DNA of 64,000 nucleotides, from assembly GCA_051294375.1 (NCBI GenBank), contig CM119264.1, forward strand, positions 5,237,545 through 5,301,544, given 5' to 3'. The notes under the pieces are model-generated. The model was not told where the DNA came from and made no database searches. It saw nothing but the letters and a program-made list of their open reading frames with translations. Shown piece by piece: positions 51,649 to 64,000 of the stretch (within the stretch, counting starts at the first letter, position 1; each line of letters starts with the position of its first letter). Both the position numbers and the translations under genes were made by a program. Source of the stretch: Paraspadella gotoi (lineage: Eukaryota; Animalia; Chaetognatha).

Positions 51649-54600
51649 GGAGAGAGAGAGCTCTTCTTTAGGCAGGACGCGAAGACCAAATGTTTTTTTT
51701 CTNNNNNNNNNNNNNNNNNNNNNNNNNTATTTCTGCAGTTTCTAAAATGTAGTTGTTAAACAAAAGTCCGTTACTTAAAAAAATAAATGCGACGCCAAGC
51801 GCCTAGATTTAAATTAAACTTTTAAAAAAATATAAAAAGGCAGTTAATAATAATCTTTAGGAAGACTTAATGGCTTTCGCCGGGATGGTGGTGAGAGCCA
51901 AGGGTGTCGCGTGTCAAGGACGCAATTAAAAAACCNNNNNNNNNNNNNNNNNNNNNNNNNNNNNNNNNNNNNNNNNNNNNNNNNNNNNNNNNNNNNNNNN
52001 NNNNNNNNNNNNNNNNNNNNNNNNNNNNNNNNNNNNNNNNNNNNNNNNNNNNNNNNNNNNNNNNNNNNNNNNNNNNNNNNNNNNNNNNNNNNNNNNNNNN
52101 NNNNNNNNNNNNNNNNNNNNNNNNNNNNNNNNNNNNNNNNNNNNNNNNNNNNNNNNNNNNNNNNNNNNNNNNNNNNNNNNNNNNNNNNNNNNNNNNNNNN
52201 NNNNNNNNNNNNNNNNNNNNNNNNNNNNNNNNNNNNNNNNNNNNNNNNNNNNNNNNNNNNNNNNNNNNNNNNNNNNNNNNNNNNNNNNNNNNNNNNNNNN
52301 NNNNNNNNNNNNNNNNNNNNNNNNNACTGACAACAGAGATGTGAATGTGGACAATAAGATCACGGTGGATGAGAACATCAGTGTGGTCGATGAGCCCGCT
52401 CCGTGTTTGAGATTTGAAAACAAAAGAAGAAAAAATAAGAAAATAAAATTGATTTCTTTNNNNNNNNNNCGTTTCGAGTTTCGACTCAAATGTGTCATCT
52501 CTAATGGGAAGAGAGAAAATTCGCGTCGCTGATCGTAACTCGATTCGGATTTCTGTGATTTCAATGTGAAGAGAAAATATGGGGATGAATGTTAAAAAAA
52601 AATAAAAACAGGAAATAGAATTAAAACTATATAAAACAATTTAAAAAGTAATAATCAAAAGTGAAATCTNNNNNNNNNNNNNNNNNNNNNNNNNNNNNNN
52701 NNNNNNNNNNNNNNNNNNNNNNNNNNNNNNNNNNNNNNNNNNNNNNNNNNNNNNNNNNNNNNNNNNNNNNNNNNNNNNNNNNNNNNNNNNNNNNNNNNNN
52801 NCTATATAAAACAATTTAAAAAGTAATAATCAAAAGTGAAGGTTTCTTAAAGGCGATAAAAGCTGAAGGAAAAATCTGAAAAACATTATCATTATTCGAA
52901 AAAACAAAGAAACAAAAGACAAAACGAACGAAAAGGATATTAAAAAAGGGAAAAAAATTAAAAAGGAGAAAAAGAAAAGAATCAAAGGCGGATTCACTCG
53001 GACGTTTCATCAATTGTTCTCAAAGAAAAATTCTTTCACCGATTAATCACACAATCCGCATTTCCAACAGCTTTGTCATCCACTGTCTCCCCCCCTCGCG
53101 TCTCTCTCTCCGCGGTACGGACGGAATTATCGGCGGCGCGGACGGAACGGGCGGCGGCGGAGGCGCGCCTGGCGGCGACAGAATAAACAGCGGGCCGGGC
53201 CGGCGGCGGCAATAGTGGTTCTGTTCGATTCTTGCTTTCTCCTCTTTTTTCTCAAGTTAAGTCCCTCATGAGCTTGATTAAATTATCTTCCTCTTCTTTT
53301 CTTTCCTCCCTTTCCTTTCTCCCTCACCGTAGTAATGATCGATTTTGGCACCGTAGTTTCCGTGCGGAAGAGTCTTCAACGTGCGTCGCGGCGATCGGGG
53401 CGCTCCTCATCATGACGAGTTTCGGACGATCTGGGCGTTCCTCGACGCCGGCGTTCGACGATCGGGCACTCGCTCGACATGGACGTCCGCTTCGGCGACT
53501 CACGATGCTCCGACGTGACGCCTTCGTACGACCACCGTTCCGATCTACAGAAACAGGTCTTCTTCAAGAGCTGTCTCACTAATTCGTGATAATCTCTCTT
53601 TCACTGCTCCTTTCTTTCTTTTTCAATAGCCTTTGTTGAAATTCGAATTCTATCGCTTTTCTCTCTTTCCTCCGCTTCTCTCATTTTCCTCTTTTCTCTT
53701 ACGGACTCCTTAATTTTCGCCTTCCAAAGCTTCCTCCTCTTCTCTGCTTTCACGTTCTACTCTTTTTCTCTCATTTCTCAATTTTATCTTTCTTTTCGCT
53801 TCCTCAATGCACGACGCTCATTCTTCAATCTCTCTAGTCCAGAACACCAACCTCTGCGGATCGTCTCGCGAGACGATTCGAGTGGACTTCGTTACGAGAC
53901 GCCCTCCAGCTTCGACGATACGCTGGCTGTTCGATGGCTTAAAATACGCGTAGATGCCTTCGGGCGAGATTTCGGCGACTGTGTAGACTGAAGGGACGTC
54001 GCTACAATGCTCGACGCGAGGACTCGGAAGCTGTGACCTCGGCGAGGGGTTCTAGGAAACTGAGGGTGGTCGCGGTGGATAGCTGGACAGAAGCGCGCAT
54101 CACGTGACGATCCGAGTCGTGGTAGGAACTGTTCTATATATCTATCTTTCCTCAACTATATCCCTCAACCTCTCCTCTCAGTTCACAATGGGACCGCGGC
54201 CTCTCTCTCAGGCTCCCACCAACTAATATAGGGCGTTGCGCCTTAAAGGCCCCACGATACCCGAACAATTCAAGGATTATCATTCCTAACAGTTGCGTTA
54301 ACACGACTCGCTGTTTCAAGAGTTGCATACAGGGCTCACGTGATAAATACGTCGGACAGGCTCTCTCCAATGCCTGCCATTGTCCGGGCAGGATCGCGCG
54401 AGCCCATTTCGACACCTTGACCAGAGCTGTCGACCGCCCTACACCTCCACTGGGAACTTTGGCTATTCGTCATAAAGCTTTGTGAATTATCTAGTTCGTT
54501 TTGTTAATTCTCTTTTCGAACCTTTCGTACACCTCGTTTCATTTTGATTTATGTGTTATTTAAAAAACCCTTTCAAAATTAGCCAAAGTTCCATCGTCGC

Positions 54601-55381
54601 CACCGTGCGATGATGCTTTTTTTGTAACTCCGTTGCGTAGGCTTCTGCTTCGGCGTGTGCTCCGACTTAATTGACCCGGTCACAATAGACCGGCCCTGAT
54701 AGCAGTGAAAAATGTTGGCACCGCAGGGCCCTTATCGGCGGCTCCGCGTTCCTCCAAACTCCTCAGTCGGTTCACAGCTTAGAACGCGAACAAGGTTATG
54801 TTATTATTTAGGACCCAGTTCTCGGAATCCAAAGTCTCCCAAGTCCAGGTTGCTTTCTGGCGTATTTTTATTTTAATTAAATAGTTTGTTGAGTTAGTTT
54901 AATTTATATTCCCGTGAAGATTACAAGTCTTTTTAATATTTAGTACTGTTTAACGCCTCAGCCTAAAAAGTCCCTATTGATGAATATTCACTGTCAGTAC
55001 GAATTGATTTGATGTTTAATCCCCATGTAGAATGGATTGTAGTGTTAAAGACCTTCAAAGCAAAGTAAATTATCAAACAATAAATAATCATTTCTCATCT
55101 CAATATCATAACTTGGTGACTTCATCCGGGGAGTGGTTTTTTTGTTTTCCCTTCGTCCGTAAGCTGGAGCTTCCTGGCGTCGCGTAAACAGTACTTGAGA
55201 TTTTTAACTCCTTGACTACAATAAACAAATGATCGTTGTTTTACGATATGACGCCAAGTCGCTCGCTCGTACGACCTCTCTTACAGTAATGTGATCTTTT
55301 TCATTTCATTTGAAATTCTGTTTATATATCTCATTATAATCTTCTTTTTATCCCTCTATCTAAATTATACGTACACTGAAG

Positions 55382-55436
<55 letters not shown>

Positions 55437-56427
55437 TTCTTTCTCTCACCTCACAAAGAAAGAACAAAAGGCTCTACTTAGTCATACAGGTGTGGTCTTC
55501 TGTGATATTCCATTGGTGTTAACGTGAATTTTCCTCGCAGGAATTCGCCGACGAAGCGCTTTTTATTTTAAAGCTTTTGTTTCTGGATGCGCGCTCTCTC
55601 TCTTTCCTGTTGTTTGTTGTTGTATGTAGCTGTTGTCGTTCGTCGTTCGGAAATGGTAAATTTAGCGTTGGTGCTTCATTTGCCGAAAACTCGCTTTCAC
55701 CTCCAACAAAAAAAAAAAGCTCTAATGAAGGGGAACGGGCGTTTTCTTCTTTTCTTCTTCCTCTCTTATTATGTACCTCTTCCTTCTCTCTCTCTTCTGC
55801 TATTACATCTCTCTCTCTTTCTCTCTCATCTCTTTCTCCCTTTTTCCTTCCTGCCCTCTCTCTCTCTCCTCGCTCTCCTCTCTCCTTCTCCTCTCTCTTC
55901 CTCTCCCTCCTCCTCTCTCTCTCCTCTTCTCCTTTTTTCTCTTTTTATTCCTTTTTTTTCTTTTCTTTCTCATCCTTTATTCCTTCTTTTTTCCCTCCAT
56001 CGCCTCTTTTAACCGACTCTTTCCTGACCGATGCGTTGCTTAGAAACGAATCTGCGTCTAAAAATGGCGCTGAGATGGCACCGGAAAATGAGGGCCAGAA
56101 ACGCGAGAGCAGGTTTCCAGCTAATCACGTGACTTCACGTTTCTGAGTTAATTCTGGTTAAGTAACGCCTATTTTCCTCATCCTCTATCCTTTTTTTTAT
56201 TTTCCTAACGCTATTTTCTTATCGATTTCTTTTTATTACTAAATTTCTCTATTTCGTTTTTCGCTCTTTGTTTTCCAATTTCTTTCATTTCTTTCTCTGT
56301 TCGTTTCTTCTATTTTTCTATTCGTCTCTTATTTTCCCTCCTTATTTTCCTACTTCCCCTATTTTGTTTCTTGCCCCCAAAACCTCGAGGGGATTGAGTT
56401 TTGGGAAAATTGACCGACTCGCGTCAC

Positions 56428-56466
<39 letters not shown>

Positions 56467-56482
56467 GAGAGACGAGAGAGAC

Positions 56483-56513
<31 letters not shown>

Positions 56514-58000
56514 CTTTCTTTAGGCAAGGACGGAAGACCAAATGGTTTTTTTTCTAAATGTTCGTGACAATTTGGGGAGAAGCGCGTTTGACCAGCCGGA
56601 GACGAAAATGGAACATCCTGCCCAAAACAATTTAAGGGGACGAACGACTTCGACGACGACGACGACGACGACGACGGTAACTGCTAAGGGTTTATCTTCC
56701 TTTTTTCTTGGGCTCACGGTCGTCCATGTTCACTGGGAATAACTTTGTCATCCAGACGTTTTCAATACCCACGTTGTTAATGAAGATATTTTAAGCATGT
56801 TTGCGCATGCCAAGATATATTCAAAAGATAAATCGAAATATTTCGTTTTATATTTCTGCGCAGTTTCTAAAATTAGTTGTTACAAAAAAGTCCGTTACTT
56901 AAAAAATAAATGCGACGCCCAAGCGCCTAGATTTAAATTAAACTTTCGAAAAAAAAAAATATTAAAAGAGGCCAGTTAATAATAATCTTTAGGAAGAACT
57001 TAATGGCTTTCGCCGGGATGGTGGGAGAGCCAAGGGTGTCGCGCTGTCAAGGACGCAAATTAAAAAACCATTAAGTCGGGACGTAAAATCACCAACGAGA
57101 GGACGCTACTATCTCGAGAATCGAGAAAAATCGTCTCGGGTTCTCGAAAACAAAAGGCGTCGAGTTTAATTTTGAGAGAAAATATTGCGTTTAAATATTA
57201 TGAGCGAATCTGTAAATGCTTGACAAGCAAAAACAAGTAGGAATTTACAACAATCATCGTGAAGTGAAAGTCTGAAAATGTGACGAGAGGAGAGAGAAAA
57301 ATGAAAGAACAAATAAAAGAAACCACGGAAAGCTTAATTACAAAAACAGATGAAAAATTAAGAATTTAGAGAAAAAAAAAAAAACTGACAACAGAGATGT
57401 GAATGTGGATAATAAGATCACGGTGGATGAGAACATCAGTGTGGTCGATGAGCCCGCTCCGTGTTTGAGATTGAAAACAAAAGAAGAAAAAATAAGAAAA
57501 TAAAATTGATTTCTTTTTTAACTTTTCGCTTCGATTTCGACTCAAATGTGTCATCTCTAATGGGACGAGAGGAAAATTCGCGTCGCTGATCGTAAACTCG
57601 ATTTCGGATTTCTGTGATTTCAATGTGAAGAGAAAATATTGGGGATGAATGTGAAAAAAAAAAAAAAAACAGGAAATAGAATTAAACTATATAAAACAAT
57701 TTAAAAAGTAATAATCAAAAGTGAAGGTTTCTTAAAGGCGATAAAAGCTGAAGGAAAAATCTGAAAAACATTTATCATTATTCGAAAAAAACAAAGAAAC
57801 AAAAGACAAAACGAAAGAAAAAGATATTAAAAAAGGGAAAAAAATTAAAAAGGAGAAAAAGAAAGGAACAAAAAGGCGGATTCACTCGGACTTTTCATCA
57901 ATTGTTCTCAATAAAGAAAAAATTCTTTCAACGATTAATCACACAATCCGCATTTCCAACAGCTTTGTCATCCACTGTCTCCCCCGCCTCGCGTCTCTCT
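50378..58000. repeat. Direct duplication ~50378-53110 vs ~55286-58000, separated by a ~2.2 kb unrelated block
   Basis: Shared anchors CCCTCTATCTAAATTATACGTAC, GACCGACTCGCGTCACAAATGAGAG, GAGAACATCAGTGTGGTCGATGAGCCCGC and CAATCCGCATTTCCAACAGCTTTGTCATCC. Confidence 0.92.
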
Positions 58001-58021
58001 CTCTCTCTCTCTCTCTCTCTA

Positions 58022-58069
<48 letters not shown>

Positions 58070-58281
58070 TCTCTCTCTCTCTTATATCGATAAATTAGAC
58101 ATAAAAACCGTGGCGTTTTTATTCCAAATCGCAGGATTGATTCCATCTCCTCGTTTTATTCATCAATGTTCTGACTACTCACGGACTCACGTCCCCCTCA
58201 CCGCCCCTTTCATTTTCCGACCCATAAATCACGAGTTCCGAGTCAACGGACGCTTTTCAAGGGAAATACATGTGATGGAAC

Positions 58282-58356
<75 letters not shown>

Positions 58357-58760
58357 AGAGAGAGAGAAGAGAGAGAGTGAATGAGTCTGAGGAAGGTAGA
58401 AAGAGGAAACAAAAAAAGAGAGAAAGAAAACTAGGAAGATAGAGGATAGAGACATACTAGAAAGAAAGAAAGAAAGAAAAAGAAAAGAAAGAAAAAAGAA
58501 AGAAAGAAAGAAAGAAAGAAAAGAAAGAAAGAAAGAAAGAAAAGAAAGAAAAAGAAAGAAAAGAAAAAAAAAAAAACCGATCCGAAGAAATGAAAAATCC
58601 AAAAATCGAAACAATGAGGTTAAAAGTGAAATTGGAAAAAGATAGTTGGAGTCTGCGACAGAAGACAGAGAAAAAAAAATTCTTCGCGAAGAAAAAGAAA
58701 ACTTCCATTATCTCGTCTTACTGGTCGGAGAGAAAATTCAGAATAATTCCGGGAAAAAGG

Positions 58761-58857
<97 letters not shown>

Positions 58858-59140
58858 ATTAATGAAGTATGAAATTTAAAGAGAGCGATAATTAAAAATG
58901 TTACGTTTGATTATAGAACGGGATACAGTTTACACTAGAGATTAATTTTTTTTCCATGTAAAGGAAAAAGGTCAAAAGCTCTCTCTTCTCTCTCTCTCTC
59001 TCTCTTTCTCTCTTTCTTTCTTTCTTTCTTTCTTTCTTCTCTTTTTCTATCTTTTTTTTTCTTTTTTTTTTCTCTTANNNNNNNNNNNNNNNNNNNNNNN
59101 NNTTTCTTTCTTTCCGTGCCACTTTCTTCCATGCCGCAAC

Positions 59141-59280
59141 TGCGCATGCGCACCTACTCCACCCCCACTTCACCACAAGTTGTTTATTTTCGCGCGCTTC
59201 GCCGTTTTACGAATTGAGGCGGCGGCGGCGTGCGGCGGCGGCGTGCGGCGGCGTGCGGGCGCGGCGTTGCGGCGGCGCGT
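59141..59280. promoter_or_regulatory. Candidate CpG-rich regulatory element with perfect NRF1-type palindrome
   Basis: TGCGCATGCGCA at 59141-59152, E2F-like TTTTCGCGCG at ~59187 and a (GGC)n block at 59218-59279 in an AT-rich background; no transcript evidence. Confidence 0.3.
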
Positions 59281-59964
59281 TTAACCGAATCTAATTATCG
59301 GAAACCCATTTGGTGGCATTTTTGCGGCCGGAGAATAAAGGAGACGGAAAATGGAAATTTCTTTGATGGAAATCGATTTTGAGACTAAGTCGGTTCAGCC
59401 GTCACCACTTCACCGCTAGGGCTTCTCGAAGAAGAGGGGACAACCTTTCCTCTTTTTTTTTCTCTTTCTTTCACAATATCTCTCTCACTCTCTCTCTTTC
59501 TTTCTCTTTATCCTTTTATCTTTCTTTCTTATTTTCTTTGCTTTTTCCGATACTTGGCAAACCCGTTTCTCCCCCTGTGACTCTCAATTTCTCTCCAAAT
59601 TAAATACTCGACTGAAATCATGTCATTTTCCTCATCAGAACAAAATAGCGAAAGTTTACTTCAGCATTGTAATGATAACTAGTAAATATATATTTCGTAA
59701 CCAGTGATAAATGAAGACCTTAGCCCCCGTTTGATGTTTTCGACTCATTTTCGTCCGTCGCTTCGACGTCATTTTGACCCAAATTCGATCGGGAAGTCGA
59801 TGCATCGGTAATGAATTCATTTCCTTGAAGATGTGATCAAATTTTCATTTCAACATAATATTTAATCCAGTTCTATGCATTTTGCGATGCAATAATTAAT
59901 TACAGGGTGAAAGAGAAAATTAGTGTTTAATTTTAAAATAACATGTCAATGTTGTAGACAAAAA

Positions 59965-62131
59965 AAAAAACAAGTTTGAGCAAACAATGTCGGATCTGCC
60001 CACGATCATTAACGGTAAGCAGCTAATCAGATAATTAATTAATTAAATAATTAATTAATATTACTTTTTTTATCCGCGTCAAAATCGTTTTCCATTTTGT
60101 CTCGCCTTTCAATCACAAAACAACAATCTCCATCACAAAAATTAATTAATAAATTAATCTATTACAAAATAGATATTAATTAATTAATTACTAATTTATC
60201 AATAATTAATTGATGCAGCTTGAATATACCTTTAACATAAAAATAACAAAAGCATAATCAAATAGTGAAATAGATTTTTATTTTTTTATTTTAACTCATT
60301 TCCTCTTGGACGATTCCATCGAAACTTGATTTCCTGCTCAATCACACACAAACTATAAATTCGGATACGCTCTGTAAATCGTTAATTTGATTTTTAGTCG
60401 GTACTTTCGGCAGATTCCGACTCTATTATTTTTTGATCCGTCGGTCTCCCCTCAAAATCTTGTCGGTAAGTAACTTAGAACATGTCAGAACATCGAATTA
60501 TGAAAAATTATGCAAATTTATAACTGATAACTTTTCAGGTATTGCTCAATTTTTTTTTGTATGAAATTGGTAGAACCAATATATTTGATTGTTTGTATGC
60601 ATTTTTAATCGCTGCTATGAACATCAACAGATGCTCATGTGATAGATCAAGATTAAAAACAAATTTTGCAAATAGTAGATGCATTTGGCGAATGAAAAAT
60701 AAGAAAATGAGATTCTCGCTCTTGTACACGGCATCGCATCAAGTGGAATCAGATGGAATCAAATGAATCCCGTGAGGGAGGAATCCTGTGTGGGAAGAAT
60801 CCCGTGTGGGAAGAATCCTGTGTGGGAAGAATTCCGTCTGGGAGGAATCCCGTGTGGGAGAAATTCTGTGTAAGAGGAATCCAATGTGGGAGAAATCCTG
60901 TGTGAGAGGAATCCCATGTGGGAGGAATCCCATGCAGGAGGAATACCATGTGGGAGGAATCCCGTGTGAGAGGAATCCCGTGTAGGTGAAATATCGTGCA
61001 GGAAGAAACCCGTTTGGGAGGAATCCTGTGTGGGAAGAATCCCGTGAGGGAGGAATCCCGTGCTAGAAGAATCCCATTAGAGAGGAATCCCGTGCAGGAG
61101 GAATCCTGTATGGGAGGAATCCCGTTCAGGAGGAATCCAGTGGGGGAGGAATCCAGTGTGGGAGGAATCCAGTGTGGGAGGAATCCTGAGTGGGAGGACT
61201 ACCACGGCCACCTACGCTTCTTATCTCCGCCTAGTTTTATGTCAAATACACATACATGCGCACGTACATTTACACATACTTGTATTATCAATAAGTTAAT
61301 GGTTCTTTTGATCGACGTTTAATGCTTTCGCTTGCATTCTATCTGCAGTGAAAAAAATTTCGCCAAAGATTAAATAAGTTTGAGCAAACAATGTCGGATC
61401 TGCCTACGATAATTAAGCTGTTATCAGCTAATCAGATGATAAATCACGATAATTCTTTCAATTTGTTATCCCAACTGATCATAACAGATCAAGCCATGCC
61501 AAACCAGTGGCTGCTCCAATACATGTAAATCACTTGCAAGGGATTTAGCCGAACTGTTACTGCAGTGCAAATAATTTTTTGACCTTATTTTTTTAACTTG
61601 CATAATTTTTTTAACTTGCTTTTTTTTTTTAACTTGCATCATTTTTTTAACTTGCTCAATTTTTTAACTTGCATATCTAGCTATCTCAATAAATCATACA
61701 CTTTCCTACCCACATACAAACTTTTATCTTGATTTATAAATCAAATTTTAAATAATTAAAACATTTATGAATAAGCATCAGTAATAAAAATTCAAGTCAA
61801 CTTGACTTTAGTTTTTTCTATGCAAACTCATTTCCACTCCTCATTTCCATCAAAACTTTATATCCAGCTCAATCACACACTTTCCTACCCACACACAAAA
61901 ATTCATACCAATCCATCCATTCAATCACGAGTGATTGGATGTTTTTGCTAAAGGGGGATAGACGGACCGACGAAAGGACAGACATAATTTTTTTTGCATA
62001 ATTAATCATAATTTGATGTCCTGACATCATTTAAATGAATTACTGGCCAGATTGAAGGGGGCGGACCGACGGACCGACAAAGTGGATTATAGAGTCGGGA
62101 TCTGCTGATGAGCAGATTCGTCTTAAAAAAA
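59965..62131. mobile_element. Cluster of non-autonomous HINE/DINE-1-like (Helentron-associated) elements
   Basis: Two copies of a 5' end AAYAAGTTTGAGCAAACAATGTCGGATCTGCC (~59970, ~61373). A 3' end with (GGACCGAC) repeats + TATAGAGTCGGGATCTGC-loop-GCAGATTCGTCT hairpin + A-run at 62062-62131. An inverted 3' end at ~60391-60445. Confidence 0.55.
60765..61197. repeat. 16 bp tandem array (GAATCCYGTGTGGGAR), ~27 copies
   Basis: Direct head-to-tail repeats with point variants and no spacers. Confidence 0.95.
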
Positions 62132-62201
62132 TAACAAAATTAAACAAAAACAAGTGAATTCCCACGAAAAATACACGACAACAGCAACAACAACAACGAC
62201 G

Positions 62202-63909
62202 ATGAAGATCGCCTCTTATTTTCCTCTCGTCGTCGTCGTCCTTTCGATTCTCGATCTGGCGACCGACACACGGACGGCCATTTCCTTAGTCACCGACGCC
62301 TTCGTCGAAAAGCAGCGCCTCGGCGTCGTCATGGCCGGCGTCCTCGTCATCCACGGCGTCGTCTCCGGACTCTACTTGTGGCGCTTCATTTCTCGCGACG
62401 CCGCCAAGTTTCCGCGCCTCTGGACCGGCGCCGCGAGGAGGGCGCCGACGCTGCTCTTCTCCTTCGGAGGTTTGGGCTTCGCAGTTGCGGCGACTGACGT
62501 CTGGATGGACGGACGAAGCGGGGCGGCGGATCGAGGGACTCGAGCCGTTAAAGCAGAGTTGCTGCAAGAATTGAATCTGCTGCATTTGCTGATGGAGACT
62601 TATCCGCAGATCTTGCTGCAAGCCGCGGCTTTGTACGTCGAATGGACAAGCGGAACTTCGATTCAGTGTTTCCCCGAATTGGTGAAGACGGAATGGGAAA
62701 GAATAATAAAGTTAAAAATTTAATAACTATTTATTAGTATATATATATATATATTATTAGATATTTATCTTGCAAGAGGGGAGAGGATAAAGTCAAAATA
62801 CCTATGATAGCCTATGTCATGTATTCTTAATTTTGATTAACTTTTTAATTTTACTATTTATATTACATATTCCAAAAACTTGTTCTAATCTCGTCTTCAC
62901 CCCGATTTCCAAGGCTTACCATTATCACGCGGAACCTCTTCTCGCCGGGAAGTTGTACCGACTCACCAACGGAACCTTTCAGCTGCAGCCGGGCTTTTGC
63001 TCCTGTCATCATTTCAAAGGAGCAACCTCTTTCACTTCCTTTTGCAGTTGGTTTTTCGACAATCACTTTGTCCTCTTCTCCTTTGCCATCTCGACCATCG
63101 GGTTGGCAAAGACGGCAACGGATCAGCGACAGATTGGCAACTCCGCGTTGCATCCGGTCAACGTCGTCGGTCTCTTGCAAGGCGTCGTAGGGGCCGTCGT
63201 CTTTTTATATCTCGAGTTCCTTTGGTCGATGAAAATCGAAACGATCTTCATTCTGCTCCTCGCGCCTTCGGTGTTGCTGCGTCTCTTTCCTCTGAGGGAA
63301 TTGAAGAACCTTTGTCTTTGGAGACGATTCCGAGTGGCTCGTCCAGACTCCTCGGCGTCCGCGGCAGAATTCCTGCTCATGGTCACGTGGAACGTCGTCG
63401 TCGCTGCTGGATTCTTCGCCTTCGATAAGCACGCGGCTCTGCGCGACAGGCTCGGCCACGCTGACGATCTCGGTCTAACTCGCTTCCGCAGGCGAGGTGA
63501 GATTCCGAGTCTCGACTTTTACGGAATCANNNNNNNNNNTTTCATGGGTCGCGGGTTCGAGTCCCGCTTGAGGTGGGACGTGCTTAAGCTGGAAGGCGGC
63601 GTGGAACGCTGCGGAAACGGATCGAGTCTTCAATTCAAACACACCTCGTTAAGAATGGGGAATTTCAAAATTCTTCATCCGAGCGATTCTCTCGTTCAGA
63701 GCCTCTTGCTGATGGATGTTTGCTTAGGGTTTGTCTACGCATTCGGACACTTGGGATCGAATAGAGAATTCAAACGATCCTTCATATTCATGATCAACGC
63801 TTTGTCGGTGATTATGATTCTTTCTTTCAACATGTTTAACATAAAGATGCACGATTATGCTATTCAAAGGATCGATCATTGCTTTAAAAGTAGAAAAAGC
63901 ACTGCTTAA
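62202..63909 (+). CDS. XK-related (Xkr/CED-8 family) multi-pass membrane protein, divergent; exons 62202-62681 and 62914-63909, ~490 aa
   Basis: Family motifs D-x-x-T-D after TM1 (ILDLATD) and E-x-x-P-Q-x-x-L-Q (METYPQILLQ), S-x-x-x-S helix (FSFAISTIGLA), multiple hydrophobic segments; phase 0 intron GT(62682)..AG(62913) joins the two ORFs. Confidence 0.8.
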
Positions 63910-64000
63910 TGAATAAAACCGTGTATCTGGATCGAAGGAGCAGCTGTCGGAGAGCTTCACCCTTTTGACTAACTTTCCCTTCACGGCGGCTTTCTCCTAT

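Noticed and set aside
57391-57500. Exon-like DVNVDNKITVDENISVVDEPAPC after CAG (also at 52335)
   Set aside because: No pyrimidine tract, no partner exons or homology recognised; insufficient support.
60765-61197. CRISPR-like array
   Set aside because: Head-to-tail 16 bp repeats with no unique spacers, no cas genes, eukaryotic context.
60739-61322. Repetitive protein ORFs (GFLPH / GGILCGRNP repeats)
   Set aside because: Arise from a stop-poor 16 bp DNA repeat that is open in several frames on both strands.
62100-62125. Hammerhead ribozyme (CTGATGAG)
   Set aside because: No GAAA core or stems I/III; it is the terminal hairpin of the HINE-like element.

Overview
Eukaryotic (animal, probably invertebrate) draft-assembly window. 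It is AT-rich, full of (CT/GA)n, (GAC/CGT)n and (CTTT)n microsatellites and N gaps, and several stretches look like unpolished long-read sequence. Two spliced genes can be reconstructed by hand. The first is an 11-exon + strand type I membrane Ig-superfamily protein (5487-29482; signal peptide, 4 Ig domains, S/T/P stalk, TM, Gly-rich tail; one GC-AG intron). The second is a 2-exon divergent XK-related (Xkr/CED-8-like) membrane protein (62202-63909). Also present: a frameshift-riddled non-LTR retrotransposon (~30000-36470, - strand), a ~11.6 kb imperfect palindrome centred near 43788, three near-tandem duplications that are probably assembly artefacts, three minisatellite arrays and HINE/DINE-1-like elements. 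The most interesting signal is in the introns of both genes. Many carry, shortly upstream of the acceptor AG, a sequence complementary to their own 5' splice site, and that sequence changes along with non-consensus donors (GC donor, GTGAAG donor). This suggests structure-assisted splicing or transposon-derived introns.
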